Source: Alphaproteobacteria bacterium | GTDB taxonomy: Bacteria; Pseudomonadota; Alphaproteobacteria; UBA828 | Assembly: GCA_965237415.1 (NCBI GenBank) | Contig: CBDEFM010000002.1 | Span: 736,001 to 800,000, forward strand | Direction of reading: 5' to 3' | Length of the DNA: 64,000 nt | Shown: piece by piece, positions 19,586-30,400 of the stretch | Numbering within the stretch: the first letter of the stretch is position 1 | Layout: each line of letters opens with the position of its first letter | The notes under the pieces: generated by a model | What the model was told of the DNA's origin: nothing | The model's input: only the letters and a program-made list of their open reading frames with translations | The model's database searches: none | Made by a program: the position numbers and the translations under genes

Positions 19586-20731
19586 CTAGACCCTGTAAAT
19601 GCGCCGGGCGTTATCGACGCCGATGAGGGACGCAATCCGCTCGGCTTCGGCAACCGTGCATTCGTCCTCTTCCACCCAGCGCCCGAGAGCACGGGTGAGA
19701 GAGGTGCGGAAGCGCCGCGCCCCCAGATAGTAGAGTTCCGCGAGGCCGAAGGCGTCGGAGCTGTAGAGCTGCTTCGTGAAGGGCACGAGCTCGAGCGCCT
19801 CATCCATGATCCGCTGGTAGCTCGGCCCCACCCAGTTCAACGCGAAGCCCACGTCGAAATAGACCTGCGGAAAGTTCTCCGCCATCAGGCCCGCCTCGCG
19901 GTGGAAGGGGTAGCAGTGGAGGAGCGTGATGGGGAAGCCCCAAGGCTCCACCGCCTTGATCCATGGTGTGAGATGGCTCGGGTCCACCCGGTGGAGTTCG
20001 ATGTCGGGATCGCCGATGCCGATATGGAACTGGATCGGGAAGCCGCGTTCGCGTGCGATGTCAGCGCCGGTCCAGATCAGATTCCGCTCGATCACCGGGT
20101 CGGTGAGGCGCACCGTGCCAGTCTGCTCGATCTCGGCGAGCCAGCGTCCGGCCGCGGCCTCGACCTCGTCGGGCGTCGGGCTTCCGTAGTCGATGCGGAG
20201 CGTCGCGCGATAGGCCAGGATCGACTTGAGGCCGACGACGTTCTCATCGTCGATGGCGTCGCGCACGGCTGTCTCGAAGGCCTGTCGGTAATCCCCCGCC
20301 GAGATGCCGCCCTGCACGACGCTCTCTGCGACCGACTCCATCCGCACGATTTCCCGCGCCGGCGCACCGGCGATCGCGCCGACGTCGGATACGCTGCAAA
20401 GCTCCTCCGGCCGGTTGCCGCTATCGACGATGTAGGTGCCGATCCCGGATCCGGCGAGGAAGCGCCGGTTTACCTCAGCCGCACCGAGCGCACGGCGACG
20501 CTCGGCGTACTCCGCCGGCGGGCAGAGCGGGGGCAGGTCAAGAACCGGCGCGCACCAGCGCCGGACGCTGAGCGCGACCGGCTTGTCCCAGTGGCTCGTG
20601 CCGGGCGGTGCCGGGGCAAAGGCCTCGCTCAGCGAATCTGCGAGTCGCTCGTCGTCCAGGTCCGCGGGAAACAAGCCGTGGCAGTGATGGTCGACGAGCG
20701 GCAACGCGTCGGCAATGTCACTAATAGGCAT
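19586..20731 (-). CDS. Amidohydrolase_2 family, like the FluG N-terminal domain
   Basis: VDHHCH, GLKSILAYR, QFHIGIGD, LLHCYP, YSSDAFGLAE. Confidence 0.85.
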   Translation of the reverse strand: MPISDIADALPLVDHHCHGLFPADLDDERLADSLSEAFAPAPPGTSHWDKPVALSVRRWCAPVLDLPPLCPPAEYAERRRALGAAEVNRRFLAGSGIGTYIVDSGNRPEELCSVSDVGAIAGAPAREIVRMESVAESVVQGGISAGDYRQAFETAVRDAIDDENVVGLKSILAYRATLRIDYGSPTPDEVEAAAGRWLAEIEQTGTVRLTDPVIERNLIWTGADIARERGFPIQFHIGIGDPDIELHRVDPSHLTPWIKAVEPWGFPITLLHCYPFHREAGLMAENFPQVYFDVGFALNWVGPSYQRIMDEALELVPFTKQLYSSDAFGLAELYYLGARRFRTSLTRALGRWVEEDECTVAEAERIASLIGVDNARRIYRV

Positions 20732-22034
20732 CGAGATAGCTCCGAATCACTGCGTCGGGAGAGGCCTCGGCCACCGCCGCGAGCTCGTGACGCTTGAGCG
20801 AACCATAGGCCTGCCAGAGCGCATCTGGAAACCAGCCGCGCACCTCGTCGTCTGCTTCCGCCACCGCCAGCGCTTCTTCGAGCGAACGCGGAAGCCAGCG
20901 GACGTCAAGCGCCTCTCGCTCCGCATCGGTGAGATCGGACGGATCGCGCTCGACCAGGGGCGGAGTCGGCAAGCCCTCGCGCAGGCCTTCGAGCCCGGCG
21001 TGGACCAGGACAGCCAGTGTCAGATGGGGCGAGGCTGCGGCATCGGCGGGGCGAAATTCAAAGTTGTACTGGCGCGCGTCGATGCCGCCGGGCCCGTGCC
21101 GGCCTGCACAGATGCGGATCGCCGCCTCCCGGTTATCGGCGCCGAAGGCCGCGGCCCCGCCCGCCCAGTGGCCCGGTGCGAGCCGCAGGTAGGAGACCGG
21201 CGACGGCGCCGTGAACACCGTGAGCGCCGGCAGGCGACGCATGATCCCCGCGACGAAGCTTCCGGCCTGCGCGGCGACGCCAGCCGGCTGCGACGGATCG
21301 TGCGAAACCGGCGCGCCCGTGAGATCTTGCAGGCTGAAGTGCACGTGGACGCCATTGCCGAAGCCCTGTGCCGCGATCATCGGCGTGAAGCTTGCGCGGT
21401 AGCCCTCGCGCCCGGCGACGGCGCGCACGAGCTCGCGCACCATGAGTGCCCGGTCGGCGGCAGCGAGGCCGAGCGCCGGCCGGCAGTTCACCTCGTACTG
21501 GCCGGGCCCGCCTTCCGGCTCGAAGGTTTCCGGCTCGAGACCTGCCGCACGCAGCGCCGCGATCAGCACGGCGCCGAAGGACAACGCCTGCTCGTGGGCG
21601 ATGATGCTGTAGTTGGGTCCGGGCCGCTCCAGCCCCTCCACCAGGTAGAACTCCTGCTCGAAGGCAACCATCAGCCGGAGCCCGAACGTGCATTCTAAAT
21701 CGTCCAGCGCCCGCCGTAGAAATGCCCTGAGGCACGCCTCCCAGGCGGTGCCGTCCGGGGCTATGCCATCGCAGATATAGGCGTGGAAAGGTGGCTGTTC
21801 CGGCCACAGATCGACGCGCGCGCCAGCACTCCTGTCGGGCGCCAGCCACACATCGCCGAGCGCGCCCCAAGGGCTCGGAGCGAGCGTGGAGAGAGGGCTG
21901 ATCGCCTGCGCCACCGGCACCCAACCGATGCCCGTTTCGAGGCGCTGATCGAGGTCTACGGCAGGGAACGCGCGCCCGCGCATGAGGCCGGCCAGATCGG
22001 GCCATCCGAGAAAGATCAGCTCTTCGCCCCTCAT
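20721..22034 (-). CDS. Glutamine synthetase-like gamma-glutamyl ligase, like the FluG C-terminal domain
   Basis: FEQEFY, EGGPGQYE, GNGVHVHFSL, NREAAIRI, FEFRPADAAASPHL. Confidence 0.88.
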   Translation of the reverse strand: MRGEELIFLGWPDLAGLMRGRAFPAVDLDQRLETGIGWVPVAQAISPLSTLAPSPWGALGDVWLAPDRSAGARVDLWPEQPPFHAYICDGIAPDGTAWEACLRAFLRRALDDLECTFGLRLMVAFEQEFYLVEGLERPGPNYSIIAHEQALSFGAVLIAALRAAGLEPETFEPEGGPGQYEVNCRPALGLAAADRALMVRELVRAVAGREGYRASFTPMIAAQGFGNGVHVHFSLQDLTGAPVSHDPSQPAGVAAQAGSFVAGIMRRLPALTVFTAPSPVSYLRLAPGHWAGGAAAFGADNREAAIRICAGRHGPGGIDARQYNFEFRPADAAASPHLTLAVLVHAGLEGLREGLPTPPLVERDPSDLTDAEREALDVRWLPRSLEEALAVAEADDEVRGWFPDALWQAYGSLKRHELAAVAEASPDAVIRSYLDAY

Positions 22035-22063
22035 CCGCACCCTCGCTTCGCCGCGCTGTCACT

Positions 22064-22139
22064 CTAGCCCGGAATTCTCGCCACGGTCATGGCCCGCGCG
22101 ATGCCGTCCGCCCGAGAGCAGGAAAGTCGCGCAGCGCAT
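22064..22139. mobile_element. Truncated arm of the CTAG-flanked MITE family (family B)
   Basis: ctagcccggaattctcgccacggtcatggcccgcgcg matches the reverse complement of 27418-27454 at 32/37; similarity continues ~40 bp inward. Confidence 0.7.
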
Positions 22140-22209
22140 CGTGCGCCCCCGCGCGCGTTCCGCGTGACGCTCCGTGCTATCGTCCGCCCGCAACCGGCGG
22201 GAGGAGAGC

Positions 22210-22989
22210 ATGGCGATTACGTTGCAGGGAAAGGCCGCGATCGTAACCGGGGCGGGCCGCGGCATCGGCAAAGGCATCGCAGCGGTGTTCGCGAAGGAAG
22301 GCGCAAGGGTGCTTGTGGTGAATCGAAGCGCCGACGCGGGCCAGGCCTCGACGAAGGAGATCGTCGCGGCCGGCGGCGAGGCGTCGTTTCTCCAGGCCAA
22401 CGTCAAGAATCGCGCCGACATGGAGCGAATGGCGGCGACCTGTATCGAGCGCTACGGCGCCATCGACATCCTCTGCGCCAACGCCGGCGTCTTCCCTACG
22501 TCCCATATCGTCGACATGACCGACGAGGTCTGGGACGACGTGCTCGACACCAACCTGAAGGGCGTTTTCTACGGCGTCCGGGCGTGCATCCCGCAGATGA
22601 CGGCGCAGGCGCAGGGTCGCATCGTTGTCATCTCGTCGATCACCGGCCCCAATGTGGGCTGGCCGGGGCTTTCCCACTACATGGCCTCCAAGGGGGGCGT
22701 GAACGCGTTCGTCATGGGCGCTGCGTTGGAGCTCGCCAAGCACAACATCACGGTGAACGCGATCTCCCCCGGCACCATCATGACGCAGGGCCTGATGGAG
22801 CTCGGCGGCGACCAGGTCAACGAAATCACGGCAATCATTCCAGCCGGCTATATCGGCGAGACCGAGGACATCGCCTATGCCGCGGTCTACCTCGCCAGCG
22901 ATCAGGCGCGATACATCACCGGCCAGGCGCTGGTGCTCGACGGCGGTCAGATCCTGCCGGAGAGCCCGGCCGCGCTCGCCGACGTGTAA
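22210..22989 (+). CDS. SDR-family oxidoreductase (FabG-like)
   Basis: TGAGRGIG, NAG, YMASK. Confidence 0.92.
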   Translation: MAITLQGKAAIVTGAGRGIGKGIAAVFAKEGARVLVVNRSADAGQASTKEIVAAGGEASFLQANVKNRADMERMAATCIERYGAIDILCANAGVFPTSHIVDMTDEVWDDVLDTNLKGVFYGVRACIPQMTAQAQGRIVVISSITGPNVGWPGLSHYMASKGGVNAFVMGAALELAKHNITVNAISPGTIMTQGLMELGGDQVNEITAIIPAGYIGETEDIAYAAVYLASDQARYITGQALVLDGGQILPESPAALADV

Positions 22990-23020
22990 GGGAGCCTTCG
23001 TGCGCGGCGGCTGTCCCCGA

Positions 23021-23048
23021 TTGACAAACGCCCCGCCCCCGCTATCGA
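23021..23048 (+). promoter_or_regulatory. Sigma70-type promoter of tRNA-Arg
   Basis: TTGACA at 23021 and TATCGA at 23043, just upstream of the tRNA. Confidence 0.55.
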
Positions 23049-23059
23049 TGGAGCGCGGA

Positions 23060-23136
23060 GCGCCCGTAGCTCAGCCGGATAGAGCACTTGATTCCTAATC
23101 AAGGGGTCGCAGGTTCGAGTCCTGCCGGGCGCGCCA
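23060..23136 (+). tRNA. tRNA-Arg (CCT)
   Basis: Cloverleaf GCGCCCG...TAGCTCAG...CT/CCT/AA anticodon region...GGTTCGAGTCC...CGGGCGCGCCA. Confidence 0.95.
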
Positions 23137-23201
23137 GCATCATCCCCCTGCCCTGCCGCACCGTGGCGCGTGCGCACCCCCGCCGCCGACTGGCAGATAA
23201 A

Positions 23202-23278
<77 letters not shown>

Positions 23279-23359
23279 ACCGGCCCGCACGGAGCGGCAC
23301 ACCGCCGCCGCCGGGCCGCGCGCACTATAGCGCCCGGCTTCAGGCACGGCCAACGTTCC

Positions 23360-24246
23360 GTGTGGAGGGGCGCGCCATCAATCACTCCTTGGGGGCCGGC
23401 ATCGACAGGTGCGACGTCGTGCGCATTAACGCTCGGTCCTTCTGCGAAGAGCTCGTTGAGGACCCGCGGCTGCTTCGCCCTGCGACGAACCCGAGGGCCT
23501 GGTCGTATGTGCGCTCGCTGGTCGGGGATCGCCGAGTGGAGAGGCCCAGGGAGTGCCAGATCGCCCTGCGCTTTCCACGGCCCGAAGGAACGCCCCGCAC
23601 GCTCGATGCTCCACACCTGGACGGCTACCACACGCCGTACAACGGCATTCCGGACGACGGTGTCGTGTATGGGTTCACGCTTCTGCTCGGCGTCATGCTG
23701 AGCGACGCGGATGAGCCCCTGAGCGGAAACTTTACTGTTCCTGCTTATCCATGAAAGTCCGCTCACCGATGCCTTGTTCCTGCTCGTGTCTAAGTCCGAC
23801 GAGGTCACAACGACGTAGGCGGGAGTTGCACGGTGCGGACTCGGATATGGCACAGCGACTGGAAACCGCGATGGCTCATACGTTGCGTCTCGGCAGCCTT
23901 GCTGAGCTTCATGGATAAGCAGGTTACTGTTTGACCCGGCACGTACCTGAAGCTCGAGCGGCACTTCCGGGTTCACGGCGTCCATTCCCTCGAACGGGGC
24001 GACGTGACGACATCCGGGATTCGTCTTCCGCGCCCCATACCCATCACGGGGAAGTCGAGCGACATCATCCTCGCCCACTACCAGCTCGCCCACGCCGCAT
24101 CGCCGAACCTGTCCGGTGACATTCGCTACATGTGCTTTTTCCGGCTCTCGGTGCGCGGATTGGCCAATCACCGCGTCGATTCGATGCTGGACATTTGGCG
24201 CGACTGGCCAGCGCTCGGCAGATTTGTTGGGCGCAGTTCAGACTGA
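23360..24246 (+). pseudogene. PhyH-like Fe(II)/2OG dioxygenase, MITE-interrupted with a nonsense codon
   Basis: QIALRFP...HLDG...GNFTV|MITE|(TGA)PGTYLK...DIILAHYQLAH...RYMCFFR; 5' end missing. Confidence 0.75.
23740..23923. mobile_element. 184-bp MITE, family A, copy 1
   Basis: Perfect 16-bp TIR CCTGCTTATCCATGAA; 8-bp TSD TTACTGTT (23732-39 and 23924-31); near-identical to 63296-63479. Confidence 0.95.
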
Positions 24247-24306
24247 AACACAATTGAACAACCCAAAGCCTTGACGCGCGGGCTGCCGTGGTCTCTAGTT
24301 CACGAA

Positions 24307-24360
24307 CGTGGCGATTTGGGCGACCGGCTTGCGGCCACGCTAAAAAAGCGCGCTAAAAGG
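24307..24360 (+). ncRNA. SAM-II (SAM_alpha) riboswitch
   Basis: CGTGGCGATTTG...CCGGCTTGCGGCCACGCTAAAAAAGCGCGCTAAA fits the SAM-II pseudoknot consensus; lies upstream of metZ, with TTGACG at 24271. Confidence 0.85.
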
Positions 24361-24372
24361 TCGAAGGGAGGG

Positions 24373-24399
24373 ACCCCGGCCAGCGCGGCCGGGGTTTTT
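24373..24399 (+). terminator. Terminator-like hairpin between riboswitch and metZ start
   Basis: ACCCCGGCC-AGCGC-GGCCGGGGT followed by TTTT. Confidence 0.55.
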
Positions 24400-24403
24400 G
24401 CAT

Positions 24404-25606
24404 ATGGGGCAGAGGGAACGCGAGCGGGGGTGGGCACCCGCGACCCAGCTGGTGCGTGGCGGGATCGACCGCTCGCATCACGGCGAGACCAACGAGGCGC
24501 TCTACCTGACCTCGGGCTTTGTCTACGACACGGCCGCGCAGGGCGACGCGCGCACGGCGGACGAAGAGGCGGGCTACGTCTACGGACGCTTCGGCAATCC
24601 CACCGTCACCATGTTCGAGGATCGCCTCGCCCTGATCGAGGGCGCGGACGCCTGCCAGGCGACGGCGAGCGGCATGGCGGCGGTCTTCGCGGCGCTCATG
24701 AGCCAACTCCGCGCCGGCGATCACGTCGTGGCCTCCCAAGTCATGTTCGGCGCGTGCCACGTGGTGATCGACCAACTCCTGCCCCGCTACGGGATCGAGA
24801 CCGACCTCGTTGACGGCACCGATCTCGACGCGTGGAAACGCGCGCTCAGGCCGGAGACCCGCTGCGTCTTCCTCGAAAGCCCCGGCAACCCGACCATGGC
24901 AATTGTCGACATCGCGGCGGTCTCGGCGCTGGCCCACCGCGTCGGCGCCCGTGTCATCGTGGACAATGTGCTCGGCATGCCGATGGTCCAGCGTCCCCTC
25001 GCCCTCGGCGCCGACATCGTGATCTATTCGACGACCAAGCACATCGACGGCCAGGGCCGCTGCCTCGGCGGTGCCATTCTGGGTCGCGACGACTTCTTCG
25101 CGAACAATCTGTTGCCCTTCATACGCACCACAGGTCCGATCATGAGCCCCTTCAATGCCTGGGTCATGCTCAAGGGGCTGGAGACGCTGGAGCTACGCAT
25201 CGAGCGCATGTGTGAGACGGCCGCGCGACTGGCTGCGTTTCTTGAAAGCCATCCGGCGGTCTCCGCCGTCCACTACCCGGGCCTGGCGAGCCATTCGCAG
25301 CACGGACTCGCAGCGAAGCAGATGAGCCGGGGCGGCAGCGTGATCGCGTTCGACCTCGCGGGCGGGTGGGACGCCGCCTTCCGCTTTCTCGATTCGCTGG
25401 AGCTGATCGACATCTCGAACAACTTGGGCGACGCCAAGAGCCTCGCCACCCACCCCGCCAGCACCACGCATCAGAAGATCGGCGCCGATGCCCGTGCCAC
25501 GCTCGGGATCGGCGATGGCCTCGTGCGCTTCTCGGTCGGGCTCGAAGCGGAGTCCGACTTACGAACGGATCTGGAGCACGCCCTGAGGGCGGCCGGAGGC
25601 CGCTGA
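24404..25606 (+). CDS. metZ: O-succinylhomoserine sulfhydrylase
   Basis: ETNEALYLTSGFVY, YGRFGNPTV, YSTTKHIDGQGR, ISNNLGDAKS. Confidence 0.93.
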   Translation: MGQRERERGWAPATQLVRGGIDRSHHGETNEALYLTSGFVYDTAAQGDARTADEEAGYVYGRFGNPTVTMFEDRLALIEGADACQATASGMAAVFAALMSQLRAGDHVVASQVMFGACHVVIDQLLPRYGIETDLVDGTDLDAWKRALRPETRCVFLESPGNPTMAIVDIAAVSALAHRVGARVIVDNVLGMPMVQRPLALGADIVIYSTTKHIDGQGRCLGGAILGRDDFFANNLLPFIRTTGPIMSPFNAWVMLKGLETLELRIERMCETAARLAAFLESHPAVSAVHYPGLASHSQHGLAAKQMSRGGSVIAFDLAGGWDAAFRFLDSLELIDISNNLGDAKSLATHPASTTHQKIGADARATLGIGDGLVRFSVGLEAESDLRTDLEHALRAAGGR

Positions 25607-25726
25607 GCGGTCCGACACATATCTTCGAACCGTGCCGCTCCTGTAGCGATCTTCTATGGCGCGGCGGGCGGCGCGGGTTTAGGCTTCCTCGCGTCACGAT
25701 AGCGAGTCCGACCCACGGCGACGCCG

Positions 25727-26479
25727 ATGAGCCTGCTTGAAGTTCACGAATTGTCCCGGCACTTCGGCGGCCTTGCTGCCGTCAACAATCTCTCCTTCAT
25801 CGTCGACGAAGGCGAGATCCACGGGCTGATCGGCCCGAACGGCGCCGGCAAGACCACGACTTTCAACGTCATCAGCGGCTTTTACAAGCCGACCGCCGGC
25901 GAAATCCTCTTCGGTGGACGCAGAATCTCGGGGCTTCGCCCGAGCCGGATTGCGGCACGGGGCGTGGTCCGCACTTTCCAGGCGACGACGCTCTTCCAGG
26001 AGCTCTCCGTCTTCGAGAATGTGCTGATCGGCTGCCACATGCAGTCACAGGTGGGGCCGTTCGGCGCGCTGCTGGGCACCAGCCGGCGCGCCGAGCGAGC
26101 ATCGGAAGTACGAGCTGCCGAAATTCTCGAGTTCATGGGCCTGGGCGACCGCCGCGACGACGAGACAGTCAACCTGCCGCACGGCCACCAACGGGCTCTC
26201 GGCATCGCGGTCGCGATCGCCGCCGAGCCCAAACTTATCCTGCTGGACGAACCCTTCACCGGCATGAACCCCGAAGAGACGCGGCAGATGATGGTGCTGG
26301 TGGAGCGCGTACGTAGCCAGGGTGTCACCATTCTCCTCGTGGAGCACGACATGCAGGCGGTCATGGGCCTCTGCGACCGGATCACGGTGCTGAGCTTCGG
26401 CGAGTTGCTTGCGGAAGGAACGCCCACCGAGATCCGCTCCGACCCGGCGGTGATCGAAGCCTATCTGGGAACAGCCTGA
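25727..26479 (+). CDS. livG: Branched-chain amino acid-type ABC ATPase (LivG-like)
   Basis: GPNGAGKTT, RTFQ, LLDEP, VEHDM, VIEAYLG. Confidence 0.85.
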   Translation: MSLLEVHELSRHFGGLAAVNNLSFIVDEGEIHGLIGPNGAGKTTTFNVISGFYKPTAGEILFGGRRISGLRPSRIAARGVVRTFQATTLFQELSVFENVLIGCHMQSQVGPFGALLGTSRRAERASEVRAAEILEFMGLGDRRDDETVNLPHGHQRALGIAVAIAAEPKLILLDEPFTGMNPEETRQMMVLVERVRSQGVTILLVEHDMQAVMGLCDRITVLSFGELLAEGTPTEIRSDPAVIEAYLGTA

Positions 26480-27183
<704 letters not shown>

Positions 27184-27187
<4 letters not shown>

Positions 27188-27454
27188 CCCGGAGTTCTCA
27201 CCAATGTCACGGCCTGCGTCGCGCCCAGACGTTCGATCCGCCAGGAGCGGGTCGAAAAGCGTAGCTGGAACTACGGTTGAGGCCCGCGACGCCGCGGGCG
27301 GCCGTCTGGGCACGACCCGAAGGGCGACGCTATCCGGCCGACAGTGTGCGTCACGCCGCTTGCCCGATGCCCCGCATCGCGCTGCGCGCCGTTCCTGCCC
27401 TGTCGGTCGGACAGCGCCGCGCAGACCATGACATTGGTGAGAATTCCGGGCTAG
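27184..27454. mobile_element. ~270-bp MITE, family B, CTAG-flanked
   Basis: 35-bp inverted ends CTAGCCCGGARTTCTCACCAATGTCAYGGYCTGCG (32/35 match); left CTAG contains the livF stop. Confidence 0.85.
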
Positions 27455-27477
27455 GCCTTATCGGGCCGGGTGAGCCT

Positions 27478-30400
27478 GTGGAGACCCGCGAGCTCTTCTG
27501 GGAGATCACCTCCCTCGGCCACACGCTCTTCTTCGTGGTGGCGGGTGGTGCGATGGCCGTGTGCGCGGCCGGTGTCGCCTGGCACGTCTTCCGCTACGCC
27601 CGTGCTCGCCGGAACCCGGTCCCTGTCCATCTGTGGCGCGGCTTCTGGCGAATGGTGTTCGACGTCTTCTCCCAACGGACCGTGCGCCGGCGCGACCGCG
27701 CCGCAGGCCACGCTCACACGCCGATCATGTACGGCTTCCTCCTGCTGCTCGCCGCGACCAGCATCATCACGGTCGAGTACGACATCTCGGAGCCCTTCTT
27801 CGGCTTCACCTTCTGGCATGGCCCCTTCTATCTCGCCTTCAGCCTGATCGCCGACCTCGCTGGCCTCGGGCTGATCGTCGGCGTTGTCTACATGATGTGG
27901 CGCCGCTGGCAGGTGCGGCCTGCGAAGCTCGTCTACCGGCGGGAGTACCGCGGCGAGACCGAGGAGCGGCCGGGCGCGCGCGCTTGGCTGCGCGACGACG
28001 CGCTGTTCCTCTGGGCGCTGCTCCTGATCGGGCTGACCGGCTTCCTCCAGGAAGGGGTGCGGCTTGCCATGGATCAACCGGCCTGGGGACCCTGGTCGCC
28101 GGTCGGCTGGGTGCTCGCCCAGATCTTTCTGGGCTTAGGCATGGACGAGGCGGGGGCTGCTGCCGTGCGCCGGGCCAACTGGTGGATCCACGGTATCGCG
28201 GCATTGGCCTTCATCGCCGCAATCCCCTGGACCAAGGCAAAGCACCTGATTGCCGTGCTGGGCTCGCTGTCGACCCGCGACGCCCTCGCCCTCCGCCGCC
28301 TGCCCAGGCTTGCCGTCGCGGCCGCCGTGGAGGACGCCGAGCCCGACGTGGGGATCGGCAGCATCGGTCAATTCTCGTGGAAAGATCTGCTGAACCTCGA
28401 CGCCTGCACCAAGTGCGGCCGTTGCCACGAGGCCTGCCCGGCTACCGCCAGCGGCGCACCGCTCAGCCCGCGCGACCTGATCCTCGACCTGCGCGCCCAC
28501 GCTGCGCGGAGCGCCTTCAGGCCGAGAGCGAACGGCCCTGCGCTGATTGGCGACGTGATCGAGGCGGAGACGCTGTGGTCCTGCCTCTCCTGCGGCGCCT
28601 GCATGGAGATCTGCCCTGTCGGCATCGAGCACCCACTGATGATCGTGCAGATGCGGCGCCAGCTGGTCGAGGAAGGCGCCATGGACCAGCAGCTCCGCGA
28701 CACCCTCGACATGATCGCCAACCGCGGCAACAGCTTCGGCGAAAGCCCGCGCAGCCGCGGCGGATGGACCGCGGCGCTCGAGTTCCCAGTTAAGGACATC
28801 CGCGCCGAGCCGGCCGAGCATCTCTGGTTCGTCGGCGACTACGCCTCCTACGACCCGCGCAACCAGGACGTGTCGCGCACGGTCGCGCGACTGTTCCGCG
28901 CCGCCGGTCTCGACTTCGGCCTGCTCTACGAAAGCGAGAGGACCGCGGGCAACGACGTGCGCCGGGTCGGCGAGGAAGGGCTCTTCGAATCGCTTGCCGA
29001 TCACAATTTAGCGGCGATGGGCGCGGCAGAGCGCTTTGGCGCGATCGTGACGACCGATCCCCACAGCTACAACACCATCCGCAACGAGTATCCCGACTTC
29101 GGCGACGTTGCGCCGATCCGCCACTACACGAGCGTCCTCGCGGAGCTGTTGGAGAGCGGGCGCCTCACGGTCGCGAAGCCCCTCGGCATGCGGGTGACAC
29201 TCCATGATCCCTGCCATCTCGGCAGGCTCAACGGCCACTACGACGAGCCGCGCCGGGTGCTGGAGCTGATCGGCTGCGAGCTGATCGACATGCCGCGCTG
29301 CCGCGACAACTCGTTCTGCTGCGGCGCCGGCGGCGGGCGCATCTGGATGCCCGATCCCGTCGGCAAGGAGCGGCCCTCCGAGAACCGGATGCACGAGGCG
29401 GCGTCTCTCGGTAATCTCGACGCCTTCGTCGTTTGCTGCCCCAAGGACATGACCATGTTCGAAGACGCCCGCAAGACCAGCGGCCACGAGGGCGACTTCG
29501 TGGTCCAGGACCTGGCGGAGCTGGTCGCGGAGGCGATCGATCTGAAGAGCATCGACCTCAAGGAGGTGCCGGCGCTCGTCGATCGCATCGCCGAGGCTGC
29601 GGCGGTCCGCATCGCCGATGCCGTGACGGATCGGCTGGCCGACCGCCTCGCCGACGCCGTGACCGAGCGCGTGCTGGGCGAGCTTGCCGACCGGGCACCT
29701 CCGGTCGCTGCTGCCGCCGCCGCGTCGACGCAGCCCGCTCCTGCGCCCGAGGCCGAGGTGCAGGAGTCACCGGCGCTCGCCGCCGGCCCGTGGCGCCCGG
29801 CGCCGGTCAGCGCGGCAACACTCCCCCCCTACGAAGTGCCGGAGAAAGATGGCCCCCGTGTACTTGTCGCGGTCAAGCGTGTCGGCGAGTTGAATGCGGA
29901 CTTCGCCATCGACGAAGAGGCGCGCTCAATTGCGGACGAGCATTTCGAGCACGAGCTGAACGAGTGGGACGAGGCGGCACTGGAGGAAGCACTGCTGCTG
30001 ACCGAACGGCTCGGCGCGGGCGAGGTGGTCGCCGTCACCATCGGCCCGGAGGATGCCGAGGACACCCTGCGCCGCGCGCTTGCCAAGGGCGCCCACCGAG
30101 GGGTCAGGGTGTGGGACGAGACCTTGCGCGACGCCGACCCGGTGACCATCGCCCGTGTGCTGGCCGGAGTCGCCGCGCAGGAGACACCGGATATCGTGCT
30201 GACCGGCGCACAGTCGGCCGATCTCGGCCATGGCGCCACGGGCTCCGCGCTCGCCCGCATCCTCGGCTTGCCCCACGCGGCCGTCGTTCTCGGCGTCGAA
30301 TGGGACGGCGGCGACGCGATGACCGTCACCCGCGAGCTCGAAGGCGGCATGCGCCAGCAGATCGCGCTGCCGGCACCGGCGTTGCTCACCGTCCAGACCG

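Noticed and set aside
23932-23934. In-frame TGA at a Trp position as possible recoding or an alternative genetic code
   Set aside because: TGA is the normal stop for many genes here and TGG encodes Trp throughout; this gene is already disrupted
27277-27477. N-terminal extension of the Fe-S/ETF fusion in the ORF track
   Set aside because: It lies within MITE B; family-like sequence starts at GTG 27478
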